From contig JAGVWC010000008.1 in the NCBI GenBank assembly GCA_018304465.1, positions 108,096-172,095 on the forward strand: 64,000 nucleotides of DNA, written 5' to 3'. The translations under genes and the position numbers were made by a program. Source of the DNA: Candidatus Iainarchaeum sp. (GTDB taxonomy: Archaea > Iainarchaeota > Iainarchaeia > Iainarchaeales > JAGVWC01). The notes under the pieces were generated by a model that was given only the letters and a program-made list of their open reading frames with translations, was not told where the DNA came from and ran no database searches. Positions 28,394-37,096 of this stretch are shown here, piece after piece (the first letter of the stretch is position 1; the number at the start of each line of letters is the position of its first letter).

Positions 28394-29392
28394 ATGAGGA
28401 CAAAAATTCAAATCGGGATCGCGTTATCCCGACGCGAAAGCGCGAAATCCGCATTCAAGGAAAGCCAAAAAATTTTCAAAAATCCGCGCTTTGAACTCGT
28501 CGTCGAAAAAAACCTCGAACTGAATCACCTCCAACACCGAAAAGAATTCCTAAAAAGCGACGTCTTTTTCGTTTTCGGCGGCGACGGAAGTTTTCTCAAG
28601 GTATGCCAGGCCATTTCAAGCAAAACCCCCGTGTATGGCATCGGTTGCGGCGAACGAAACTACCTTTCCCAAATCCCATGCCACCAAGCCGCCAAAGGAA
28701 TCCAGGAAATACTCGGCCAACCCCTGCAAAGCGAATCAAAAACCCGCCTCGAAATCGAAGGAATTCCAATTCCCATCCTAAACGAACTCGTCATCTGCCC
28801 CGAACACTCCGCCACGGTGATGCACTACGAAATCTTCGTCAACCAAAAACGACTCTGGCACGACTATTCGGATGGCGTACTCATTTCAACGCCCACGGGA
28901 TCAAGCGCGTACAACGCCGCCGCCGGCGGACCCTATCTTTTGGACCACACCAAAGCAGTGGTGATTACGTCGCTTCATTCCATTGAAAAACGCCGGCCCG
29001 TGGTCGTGAGCGAAGACGCCGTGATTCACATCAAAAAAATCCATTGTTTAGACCAGCACATTCAATTGGTGCTCGACGGACAACAACGCACACCCCTTAC
29101 AACCAGCGAAATTATCCTCACAAAAAGCAACTCCCCCGTTTTTTTGGGAACCGCAAAACCCCCTCACACAAGCCCCGATTCCCAAACCATGGACCAATGG
29201 AGTCCCAGCAGCCGCTTTGTTTTTGCCCTTATTCGCCAACACGGCGCCATGACCCAGGGCGAACTTCAAAAAGCCACCGGATTAAACCTGCGCACCATCC
29301 GCAGAGCGGTTAAACAGCTCTTAAACGCCCAAGCCGTCACCAAGCGGCCGTTTGGACGCGACCAACGGCAAGATTTGTACCACCTGCTTTAG
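28394..29392 (+). CDS. nadK: NAD kinase fused to C-terminal winged-helix domain
   Basis: GGDGSFL and DGVLISTPTGSSAYNAAAGGP motifs; extra 70 aa FVFALIRQHGAMTQGELQKATGLNLRTIRRAVKQL wHTH. Confidence 0.75.
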   Translation: MRTKIQIGIALSRRESAKSAFKESQKIFKNPRFELVVEKNLELNHLQHRKEFLKSDVFFVFGGDGSFLKVCQAISSKTPVYGIGCGERNYLSQIPCHQAAKGIQEILGQPLQSESKTRLEIEGIPIPILNELVICPEHSATVMHYEIFVNQKRLWHDYSDGVLISTPTGSSAYNAAAGGPYLLDHTKAVVITSLHSIEKRRPVVVSEDAVIHIKKIHCLDQHIQLVLDGQQRTPLTTSEIILTKSNSPVFLGTAKPPHTSPDSQTMDQWSPSSRFVFALIRQHGAMTQGELQKATGLNLRTIRRAVKQLLNAQAVTKRPFGRDQRQDLYHLL

Positions 29393-29452
29393 ACACGAAA
29401 AGCGGCAACCAACAAAAAAAAATCAATCTATCGTCGAGTGAACTCGTGAGCG

Positions 29453-29468
29453 TAAAAAAGTATAAATA
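29453..29468 (+). promoter_or_regulatory. Archaeal BRE/TATA promoter upstream of the RNR gene
   Basis: AAAAAG TATAAATA about 80 bp upstream of the ATG at 29547. Confidence 0.4.
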
Positions 29469-29546
29469 CCCAATGTCACTTTATACTTCCACCGCGAAAA
29501 AAAAGCAAAAAAATATTTTTTACGGTTAAAACAGGGGGAATGTGGG

Positions 29547-32500
29547 ATGACAATTAAGTTCGTGAAAAAGCGAGACGGCCGCGTAGTCGCCTTTAATCAA
29601 GACACCATTACCAACGCGGTCTGGAAAGCCGCCAAAGCGGTTGGCGGAAAAGACAAATCACTGGCGGTCGAATTATCCAGAAAAGTCGTTCACGAACTCG
29701 AAAAAAAATTCCCCGAAAAACACGTTCCCACCGTGGAAGAAGTCCAGGACGCCGTTGAAAAAGTACTGATTGAACAAGGCCACGCGCGAACCGCGAAAGC
29801 CTACATCATTTACCGCCAGCAACACGCCGAAATCCGGCGCGAAAAAGCCCTGGTGCTTGACAAACAAGAAACCGACGAAGTCGACAAACGATTCGACTTA
29901 AACGCGTTACGCGTCTTAAAAGCGCGTTACCTGCGCAAAGACGCCGCGGGAAAAACCATCGAAACCCCAAAAGAACTCTTCACCCGCGTCGCGGTACACG
30001 TACTGATCCCCGAATTGCTCTACGATCCCCGCGTCTTTGACAAAGAAGCGACCCAAAAAACCCACCCCGTGGAGCCGTTTGACAACGTCGAAAACGAATA
30101 CAAATTATCCATTGGAAAATACCAACTCAACCAATACCATCTTGAAGCCCTAAAACGCGTGTACGATAAGTTTTCCCGCCAAGGCAAAATGAAAATGCCG
30201 TGGGGACGATTCTTAGAAATGCTCAAAAACGGAGAATTCGACCAACACGAAACCAGCGGAGACGAATTCTACAGCCTCATGGTGTACAAAAAATTCATGC
30301 CCAATACCCCTGCGATCGCCAATTTCGGAGCGGTCCTTGGAATGGGCAGCGCCTGTTTTGTTATGGATGTCCGCGACAATATCGAAGGCATCATGGACAC
30401 CCTCAAAAACGCCACCATCGTATTCAAATCCGGCGGCGGCGTCGGATACAATTTCTCGAAACTCCGACCCGAAGGCGATTTCGTTTCCACCACCACCGGC
30501 GCGGCCAGCGGCCCCATCTCGTTTATGGGACTGTTCGACAAAATGACCGAAGTCATCAAACAAGGCGGAATCCGCCGCGGCGCCAACATGGGAATTCTCA
30601 ACTGCCTTGCAGGAGATACCGAGATTTCAACCATTGAAGGACGCAAAAAAATCAAAGAACTGGTTGGAACACAACCCCACCTGTACTGCCTAAATGATAC
30701 CAATGAAGTGCGGATCCGGCAAGCGAACCGTGTCATCCACTCCGGCCAAAAAAAACTGGTTCGAATCACCTTCGACGACGATACCCGCATTGATTGCACG
30801 CCCGATCATCGCATCATGCGCTCGAACGGCCAGTATACACACGCCCAAGACCTCCAGCCCCTTGACAGCGTCATGGCGTTCCATAAGAAAATACTCAACG
30901 ACCGCTACTTTATCGGTTCCACTATGAGCCCACTTTCCCCCGAGCACGTCATCGCCACCGAAACCAACAGCAAAGTACTGATCGAGCAGACCGGCCAAAC
31001 ACGATTGTCCAACGACCTGTGCGTCCACCACAAGGACAACAACCCCCTCAATAACCACCCGAATAACCTGCAAGTGCTTACCATTTCAGAACATGCCAAA
31101 ATACACTCCGATGTCCTGATCGAAAACCAAAAAAGAATCGCGATTTCACGGAAAGGAAAAACGATCGAACAGGTTTATGGCAGCGAAAAAGCGGATGCAT
31201 GGAAACAAAAAATGAGCCAAGCACGACGAAACAAAAAACCTTGGAACGCCGGCTCCGACACAGAAGTCTACAAAGCCCATTACAAAAACGGATTCAAGAA
31301 CCAATACGAATACGCCAACGCCAACCACAAAGTGGTCAAAGTCGAACCACTGGAGGGCATTCACGACATCTACGACATTATCATGGACGATTACCACAAC
31401 TTCGTCGCGAACGGCGTCTTTGTCCACAACTCAAACCACCCGGACATCGAAAAATTCATCACCGCCAAAGAAGGCAACAAACAACTCACCAACTTCAATA
31501 TCTCCGTGCTCATGATGCCGGACTTCTGGGAATACTACAACAAAAACGAACCCTACCCCCTGATCAATCCCCGCGACGGAGAAGTCGTCCGAACCGTGAA
31601 CCCCCGCATGCTCTTTGACATGATTGTCTACCAAGCATGGGAAAGCGCGGAACCCGGCGTGATCTTCTACGACAAAGTCAACGAATACAACCCGTTCTAC
31701 GAACACCTCGGACCCATTGTGACCACGAATCCCTGCGTGACTGGAGACACGCGCGTATCCACCGCAAAAGGATTGGAACGCATCGACCAACTTGCACCCG
31801 GCCTAATTACTGTGGATTCGCGTGTAAACGCGCTTTCAAACAAAAGCGGCTCGAAATCGCTCCAACTTGGAACCCAGCAAGGAACCGCAATTCAGGTCAT
31901 TAAAACTGGAACCAAACCCGTGTTCCGAGTGGAAACCACCAGTGGATTTGAAATCAAAGCAACAGCAGATCACAAGATACTGACCCCCCACGGATGGAAA
32001 GCAGTTGAGCAACTGACCGCTGGAAACGAAATACTGATCCAAAGCGGGGCAGGAAAATTCAATTCAGATTCCGCATTACCTTTTATTGTGGAAAATACCC
32101 CCGTCGGAAAAAACGGAAAAAAGTACCGGAATAACCTTCCCGCAAAATGGAGCTACGATCTCGGCCTCGTTATGGGCTGGATGCTCGGCGACGGATGGCT
32201 CAATGATCAAGCGAACCAAGTGGGGCTCGTATTTTCAAAACCGGACTATGAAGCAAAAGAACAGCTCAAACCTATTTTTGAGCATTATTGTAACCGATCC
32301 ATAAAGCTCACCAACAGAGATCAAAGTGCAGTTCAGATCCGAAGCAACAGCAAGTATGTTACAGAGTACTTCTTCAAACTCGGACTCACTTCCGTCGATA
32401 AGGAAAAAGAAGTTCCAAGCACGATTTACACCGCAACCGAAGAGGCAGTCAGAGGATTCCTCAAAGGATTATTTTCTTCGGATGGAACTATTGCGCACCA

Positions 32501-34148
32501 AAAAGAGAGCAGAAACTATGTACGACTAAATTCCAGTTCACTTACATTACTCAAAGGAGCGCAACGATTGCTTCTCAATCTTGGAATCAAAAGTACGATT
32601 TATGATCGCTCAACCGAACCAAAAACATTCAAATACATCACGGCAAAAAACCAAACTAAGCAATATCAAACCAGTGGCGAAAATTATGAGCTAAATATCA
32701 GCAAAGAAAATTTGCCACGCTTTTTAGACAAAATCGGTTTCATTCAAAGCCGACACACCCAGACGGCAGCAAAAATACAACAACACGAATTTTACACTGA
32801 ATATTTTGTTGAAAAAATAAAAACCATCGAGGCTGCCGGCATCGAAGATGTCTACGATCTTACGGAACCGACCACCCATTCATTTATCGGAAACGGAATA
32901 CTGCTACATAATTGCGGCGAAGTATTGTTGTATCCGAACGAAAGCTGTAACCTTGGAAGCGTCAATGTCTGGACGTTTTTCAAAGAAGACGAAGACGGAA
33001 CCCAATACTTTGACTGGGATGACCTCAAAAAAACCGTGCAAACCGCAAGCAAGTTTCTCGACAACGTCATTGACGTGAACAAGTTTCCATTAAAAGCCAT
33101 CGAAGACATGACCGACGCCACGCGCAAAATCGGACTCGGAGTCATGGGCGTCGCCGACTTGTTTTACGAACTCAAACTCCCCTACAATTCCCCCGAAGCG
33201 CGCGATGCCGCCGAAAAACTCATGGAATTCATCAACTACCACAGCAAAGCCGTTTCCATTGACCTGGCCAAAACCCGCGGACCCATGCCCTACAACGACA
33301 AAAGCTTTTACCTCGAAGGCCGGCTCGCGATTTCAGGACCCGAAACCAAAGAAAAACTCCACTTCAACTGGGACGACATCCGCGAAGGATACAAAAAATT
33401 CGGTTCCCGCAACGGCTACAACACCGTCATCGCGCCCACCGGAAGCATCTCCATGATCGCGGGCTGCAGCTCCGGAATCGAACCCGTGTACTCACTCGTA
33501 TTCGAAAAAAACGTCAAAGTCGGAAGCTTCTACTACGTCGACCCCGTCTTTGAACGCATCATGAAACAAGAAGGACTCCACGACAGCAAACTCATGGAAG
33601 ACGTATCCGAAAACGGCGGAAGCATCCAACACATCCCGTATTTGACCAACGAACAAAAACACGTTTTCGTCACTGCCATGGACATCACCCCTGAAGACCA
33701 CATCCGAATGCTCGCCGCGTTCCAACGCTGGTGCGACTCCAGCATTTCGAAAACCAACAACTTTCCGGCCGACGCGACCGTCGAAGACATGCGCGCCAGT
33801 TACCTGCTCGCATACCAATTGGGATGCAAAGACGTTACGGTTTTCCGCGACAGCTCCATCAAAGCCCAAGTGCTGAACGCACCCAAGAAAAAAACCGTGG
33901 ACACGAGCTCGCTCAAACTCGAGGCCAGCAAAGCCCAAACCATGCAAGCGATTTCGCCTTCACCTGCCCCCATAACCCAAACCGCCAAACCCGCGGAAAC
34001 AAAACAAGTCACGGGCCGAAGCACTTCGACAGTCCAGCAACCCAAAAGCAAATACGAAATCACGAACTGCCCCAACTGCAACTCCGTGACCCAAATCAAA
34101 GAAGGCTGCGTCAACTGCCCCGAATGCGGCTGGGGAATGTGCAACTAA
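29547..34148 (+). CDS. nrdJ: Ribonucleoside-diphosphate/triphosphate reductase, class II (adenosylcobalamin-dependent), with ATP cone, two inteins and C-terminal zinc ribbon
   Basis: ATP cone KFVKKRDGRVVAFNQDTI; catalytic exteins ...GANMGILN|SNHPDIEKF... and ...TTNP|CGEVLLYPNESCNLGS; C-terminal CPNCNS...CVNCPECG. Confidence 0.85.
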   Translation: MTIKFVKKRDGRVVAFNQDTITNAVWKAAKAVGGKDKSLAVELSRKVVHELEKKFPEKHVPTVEEVQDAVEKVLIEQGHARTAKAYIIYRQQHAEIRREKALVLDKQETDEVDKRFDLNALRVLKARYLRKDAAGKTIETPKELFTRVAVHVLIPELLYDPRVFDKEATQKTHPVEPFDNVENEYKLSIGKYQLNQYHLEALKRVYDKFSRQGKMKMPWGRFLEMLKNGEFDQHETSGDEFYSLMVYKKFMPNTPAIANFGAVLGMGSACFVMDVRDNIEGIMDTLKNATIVFKSGGGVGYNFSKLRPEGDFVSTTTGAASGPISFMGLFDKMTEVIKQGGIRRGANMGILNCLAGDTEISTIEGRKKIKELVGTQPHLYCLNDTNEVRIRQANRVIHSGQKKLVRITFDDDTRIDCTPDHRIMRSNGQYTHAQDLQPLDSVMAFHKKILNDRYFIGSTMSPLSPEHVIATETNSKVLIEQTGQTRLSNDLCVHHKDNNPLNNHPNNLQVLTISEHAKIHSDVLIENQKRIAISRKGKTIEQVYGSEKADAWKQKMSQARRNKKPWNAGSDTEVYKAHYKNGFKNQYEYANANHKVVKVEPLEGIHDIYDIIMDDYHNFVANGVFVHNSNHPDIEKFITAKEGNKQLTNFNISVLMMPDFWEYYNKNEPYPLINPRDGEVVRTVNPRMLFDMIVYQAWESAEPGVIFYDKVNEYNPFYEHLGPIVTTNPCVTGDTRVSTAKGLERIDQLAPGLITVDSRVNALSNKSGSKSLQLGTQQGTAIQVIKTGTKPVFRVETTSGFEIKATADHKILTPHGWKAVEQLTAGNEILIQSGAGKFNSDSALPFIVENTPVGKNGKKYRNNLPAKWSYDLGLVMGWMLGDGWLNDQANQVGLVFSKPDYEAKEQLKPIFEHYCNRSIKLTNRDQSAVQIRSNSKYVTEYFFKLGLTSVDKEKEVPSTIYTATEEAVRGFLKGLFSSDGTIAHQKESRNYVRLNSSSLTLLKGAQRLLLNLGIKSTIYDRSTEPKTFKYITAKNQTKQYQTSGENYELNISKENLPRFLDKIGFIQSRHTQTAAKIQQHEFYTEYFVEKIKTIEAAGIEDVYDLTEPTTHSFIGNGILLHNCGEVLLYPNESCNLGSVNVWTFFKEDEDGTQYFDWDDLKKTVQTASKFLDNVIDVNKFPLKAIEDMTDATRKIGLGVMGVADLFYELKLPYNSPEARDAAEKLMEFINYHSKAVSIDLAKTRGPMPYNDKSFYLEGRLAISGPETKEKLHFNWDDIREGYKKFGSRNGYNTVIAPTGSISMIAGCSSGIEPVYSLVFEKNVKVGSFYYVDPVFERIMKQEGLHDSKLMEDVSENGGSIQHIPYLTNEQKHVFVTAMDITPEDHIRMLAAFQRWCDSSISKTNNFPADATVEDMRASYLLAYQLGCKDVTVFRDSSIKAQVLNAPKKKTVDTSSLKLEASKAQTMQAISPSPAPITQTAKPAETKQVTGRSTSTVQQPKSKYEITNCPNCNSVTQIKEGCVNCPECGWGMCN
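30603..31430 (+). mobile_element. Intein 1 in RNR (276 aa) carrying HNH endonuclease motif
   Basis: Begins CLAGDTEI, ends VFVHN before Ser+1; internal HHKDNNPLNNHPNNLQVLTISEHAKIH HNH box. Confidence 0.8.
31734..32912 (+). mobile_element. Intein 2 in RNR (393 aa) with LAGLIDADG homing endonuclease domain
   Basis: Begins CVTGDTRV, ends ILLHN before Cys+1 (CGEV); motifs MGWMLGDGWL and LKGLFSSDGTI. Confidence 0.85.
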
Positions 34149-34189
34149 GCCTTTTATCTGCGGATAAAAGCCTTGGGAAAAACCGCTCA

Positions 34190-34792
34190 TTAGCCCAAAT
34201 GCTTCGTGCAATTGAGCACCGAAAAATGCGGTTTTTTTCCCTCTTCGATTTCGAGCACTGAAACGGCGGTGTTCTTCGGGTGGATTTTATGAAATTCCTC
34301 TAATGTGGGTTCAAGCTCGAAAAAAAACGCAATTAATGTGGACATCCAGACACCGTGACCAACCAAAAGAACAGTTTGATTTGAATGCTTTTTTTTAAGT
34401 TCTTCAATTAAGTCTAATGCTCTTTTCTGGGCATCCAGAAAAGATTCGCCGTTTTTGGTACGATGCTTCGCATATGGAACACCGGATTCCTGACGCTCTT
34501 TTCGGATAACGCTTAATGGAAGACCCACAGCGTCTCCAAGAGAACGCTCGCGCAGCAGGGGCGAGTAAACCGGTTTGAGCTCGAAATGAAATTTCAAGAT
34601 TTCCTTTGCGGTTTCGACCGCGCGTGGATAATCGCTCACGTACACCGCATCGATTTTCTCGTCCTTGAGACGCAACGCGAGTTTTTTTGCTTGGTTAATT
34701 CCAAGAATAGTCAAGGGATCATCGGCGTCTTTTCCAATGTCCTTGACATTACACTCGGTTTCGCCGTGCCGGACCAAAATGAGTCGCAACAT
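34190..34792 (-). CDS. Histidine phosphatase (phosphoglycerate mutase family)
   Basis: LVRHGETECN RHG catalytic motif; 200 aa. Confidence 0.75.
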   Translation of the reverse strand: MLRLILVRHGETECNVKDIGKDADDPLTILGINQAKKLALRLKDEKIDAVYVSDYPRAVETAKEILKFHFELKPVYSPLLRERSLGDAVGLPLSVIRKERQESGVPYAKHRTKNGESFLDAQKRALDLIEELKKKHSNQTVLLVGHGVWMSTLIAFFFELEPTLEEFHKIHPKNTAVSVLEIEEGKKPHFSVLNCTKHLG

Positions 34793-34842
34793 GAAGAAAT
34801 CTGAATCCCATTCTTTTTAAGAATTCCCCCGCAAAATTATTT

Positions 34843-35112
34843 GGGCCAGGTGAGGGGGCTAGCGGTCCCCTGTACCCGAAATCCGCTTCATGCGGGAACC
34901 CACGCTGTCAAAACGTGAATTGGGCTTGTACCAAAGCCATTGTTTGGACGACGACCCTTTGTCCTAAAAGGTCGATGGCAATTGCCAACCCGCCAGGTTC
35001 GGAAGAAAGCAACGGTACCAATCGTCTTCGATGCTTTTAGACCGCAGAGGCGAGGAAAAACAATGGACTAAACTTTGGGACAAAACCAGTGCGCTATTTG
35101 GCAGCGGCCCAC
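34843..35112 (+). ncRNA. ffs: Signal recognition particle RNA (7S/SRP RNA)
   Basis: Helix 8 signature GCCAGGUUCGGAAGAAAGCAACGGUACC at 34990-35018; 5' GGGCC and 3' GGCCC ends can pair; GC-rich, ORF-free; located between two protein genes. Confidence 0.7.
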
Positions 35113-35119
35113 TTGAAAA

Positions 35120-35881
35120 TTAATCCGAAGACAACGAAAACGCGGAATCAAACGCGTCCAGCAGCACCCGATTTTTCCGCAACACGTTCCGCGTGGCCGT
35201 CAAAAGCAATCGAAGCTCCCGCGAAGACGTAGCCAAGCGCCGCACGTTTCGAACCAATAGCGACGCGCGTTCTTTTGGAGACACGGGAATAATCGTTCCA
35301 TCCGAAGTCAAATTCACGATTTCGTCCAAATTCAACGGAATCACTCGGCTTTTTTCGCGGACAAAACGCGAGATAAAACTCGGACTTGGAATAAAACCCG
35401 CGGCCGCCACTTTTGCCAATTCAACTGCCGCGTCTTTTCGCGCAGCCGCAGACGGAAGGTCCTCAAGCCGAGTCTGAATCACTTTGGTTCTTTTTTCGGT
35501 GGAACCAAACAACTGCGAAACCAACACCCATTGATCTTTTTTGGAACCCGCGGAAAGCCGTGTCATCCCCATTTTTGGAATCCGGACCTTTGCATCCATT
35601 AAACGGTTGATCACGTTTTGATACGAACGCGCATGAGCATGTGAAAGCGGAGTCGAAAACACCTGGATCGCGACCCGTTTCATCACACGTTTTCGATCAG
35701 GATGTTTTGGCGTAGCGGCAGGCGAATGCGGCGCTCCCTCGAACATGGCACGCCCCGCATACACGCGTCCGCGAAGCCCGGATCCGAGCAAAGCCGGCGA
35801 ACCCGAAGAAGCGGAGGTAATCCACACCCGGTTGGCATGCTTAAAAAAAAACTTTCGAGGCATACGACCGTAGGTTTTCAA
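35120..35881 (-). CDS. Hypothetical protein
   Basis: 253-aa ORF; no motif recognised. Confidence 0.4.
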   Translation of the reverse strand: MKTYGRMPRKFFFKHANRVWITSASSGSPALLGSGLRGRVYAGRAMFEGAPHSPAATPKHPDRKRVMKRVAIQVFSTPLSHAHARSYQNVINRLMDAKVRIPKMGMTRLSAGSKKDQWVLVSQLFGSTEKRTKVIQTRLEDLPSAAARKDAAVELAKVAAAGFIPSPSFISRFVREKSRVIPLNLDEIVNLTSDGTIIPVSPKERASLLVRNVRRLATSSRELRLLLTATRNVLRKNRVLLDAFDSAFSLSSD

Positions 35882-35920
35882 GACAGTACAAATTTAAATA
35901 AACGTGCGTTATCTTGTTGC

Positions 35921-36340
35921 ATGCCACGACCCGGAAGCCTTCGAAAACCCATCGAGCTCCTCAAAAAACAAGCCAAGAAAAAAGAAGCCGAGTGGAACAA
36001 AGCCAAAACCGATCGGACAAACGCCCAGCAACAGGTGCGAAAAACCGAATCGCATATTCGCTACGCATTCAACTACGAACCTGTTCCGATCCTGAATCCC
36101 GACCGACGCGACGAAAGCGTGCTCGACTTTCAAGCCGCGCGAAAAAAAGAACAAAAAACAATCCGCGCGGAACAATCCACCGAAACCAAAGCGCGTCACG
36201 CCGAATATATGGTGTTAGACGCCCAAAAACTTCGAAGCAGCGTCGTCGGAAAAGCTGTCCGGATCATCACCGGCGGAGAAAAACTCTGGAGCCGAACGCG
36301 AAAAATTAAAACGAAAAGGAAAAAAAACACCCGTTCGTAA
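35921..36340 (+). CDS. Hypothetical basic coiled-coil protein
   Basis: 139 aa from ATG at 35921 (the longer 35702 start would overlap the convergent gene). Confidence 0.4.
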   Translation: MPRPGSLRKPIELLKKQAKKKEAEWNKAKTDRTNAQQQVRKTESHIRYAFNYEPVPILNPDRRDESVLDFQAARKKEQKTIRAEQSTETKARHAEYMVLDAQKLRSSVVGKAVRIITGGEKLWSRTRKIKTKRKKNTRS

Positions 36341-36341
36341 C

Positions 36342-37061
36342 TTAGCGTTTTGTACCCACCGTAAAACCATTGGCCAATTCTAACATTACCGTTTTAGGAT
36401 CTGCCACGGGCACAACAGCAGCTGCCAAAAAAACCCCTTTTGTTCCGAGTGCAAGCGATGCACGGGTATCTTCCGAAGAAGCAACTCCCGCACCCATAAT
36501 CGGGATCACCGAGTCATTCACAGAAAAAATCGCTTTAACGGACCTAGCCACTAAATCCGGATCCACACGCGAAATCGATTTTAATGTTCCGATCAGTTCC
36601 GGAAGTTCAATTGCTAAAAAATCAGGCGAAAATTCCGCAATTGAACGCGCACGCGAATCGTTTTCTGCGCACGCCAAAACCTCAAGACCGATGCCGTGCG
36701 ATCGTTCAATCACCGCACGAACCACTTCATCTGAAACCGGATCCTCCGCGTGATTAACCACCACTCCCGCAGCACCGGCTTCTTTTAGCGCTTCAGGCAA
36801 AATTTTTCCGTTTCCTTTTCCAAATGAAACCGGATCCACGTGCTGAGAAAAAACCGGGACCGAAACCGAAGACGCCACCAACCGCACGTCCACCGGAGAA
36901 ACCACCGGAACAATTGACACCCCGGTCTTTTTGGCCACTTCCTGGCACAATTTCGCCAATGTTAGCGCATTTTTTCCAAACCCTTGCTGATAAACCTTAA
37001 AATTCACAAACAAAACCGGCAATTCCACCACGATCTCACCCCAAAAAATAGGGAAAAACAC
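36342..37061 (-). CDS. tpiA: Triosephosphate isomerase (archaeal type)
   Basis: VLFVNFKVY, VVNHAE, PIMGAGVASSEDTRASLALGTKGVFLAAAVV signatures. Confidence 0.75.
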   Translation of the reverse strand: MFFPIFWGEIVVELPVLFVNFKVYQQGFGKNALTLAKLCQEVAKKTGVSIVPVVSPVDVRLVASSVSVPVFSQHVDPVSFGKGNGKILPEALKEAGAAGVVVNHAEDPVSDEVVRAVIERSHGIGLEVLACAENDSRARSIAEFSPDFLAIELPELIGTLKSISRVDPDLVARSVKAIFSVNDSVIPIMGAGVASSEDTRASLALGTKGVFLAAAVVPVADPKTVMLELANGFTVGTKR

Positions 37062-37096
37062 TATTTAAGGGTTTTTGGAACCACTACATTAATACC

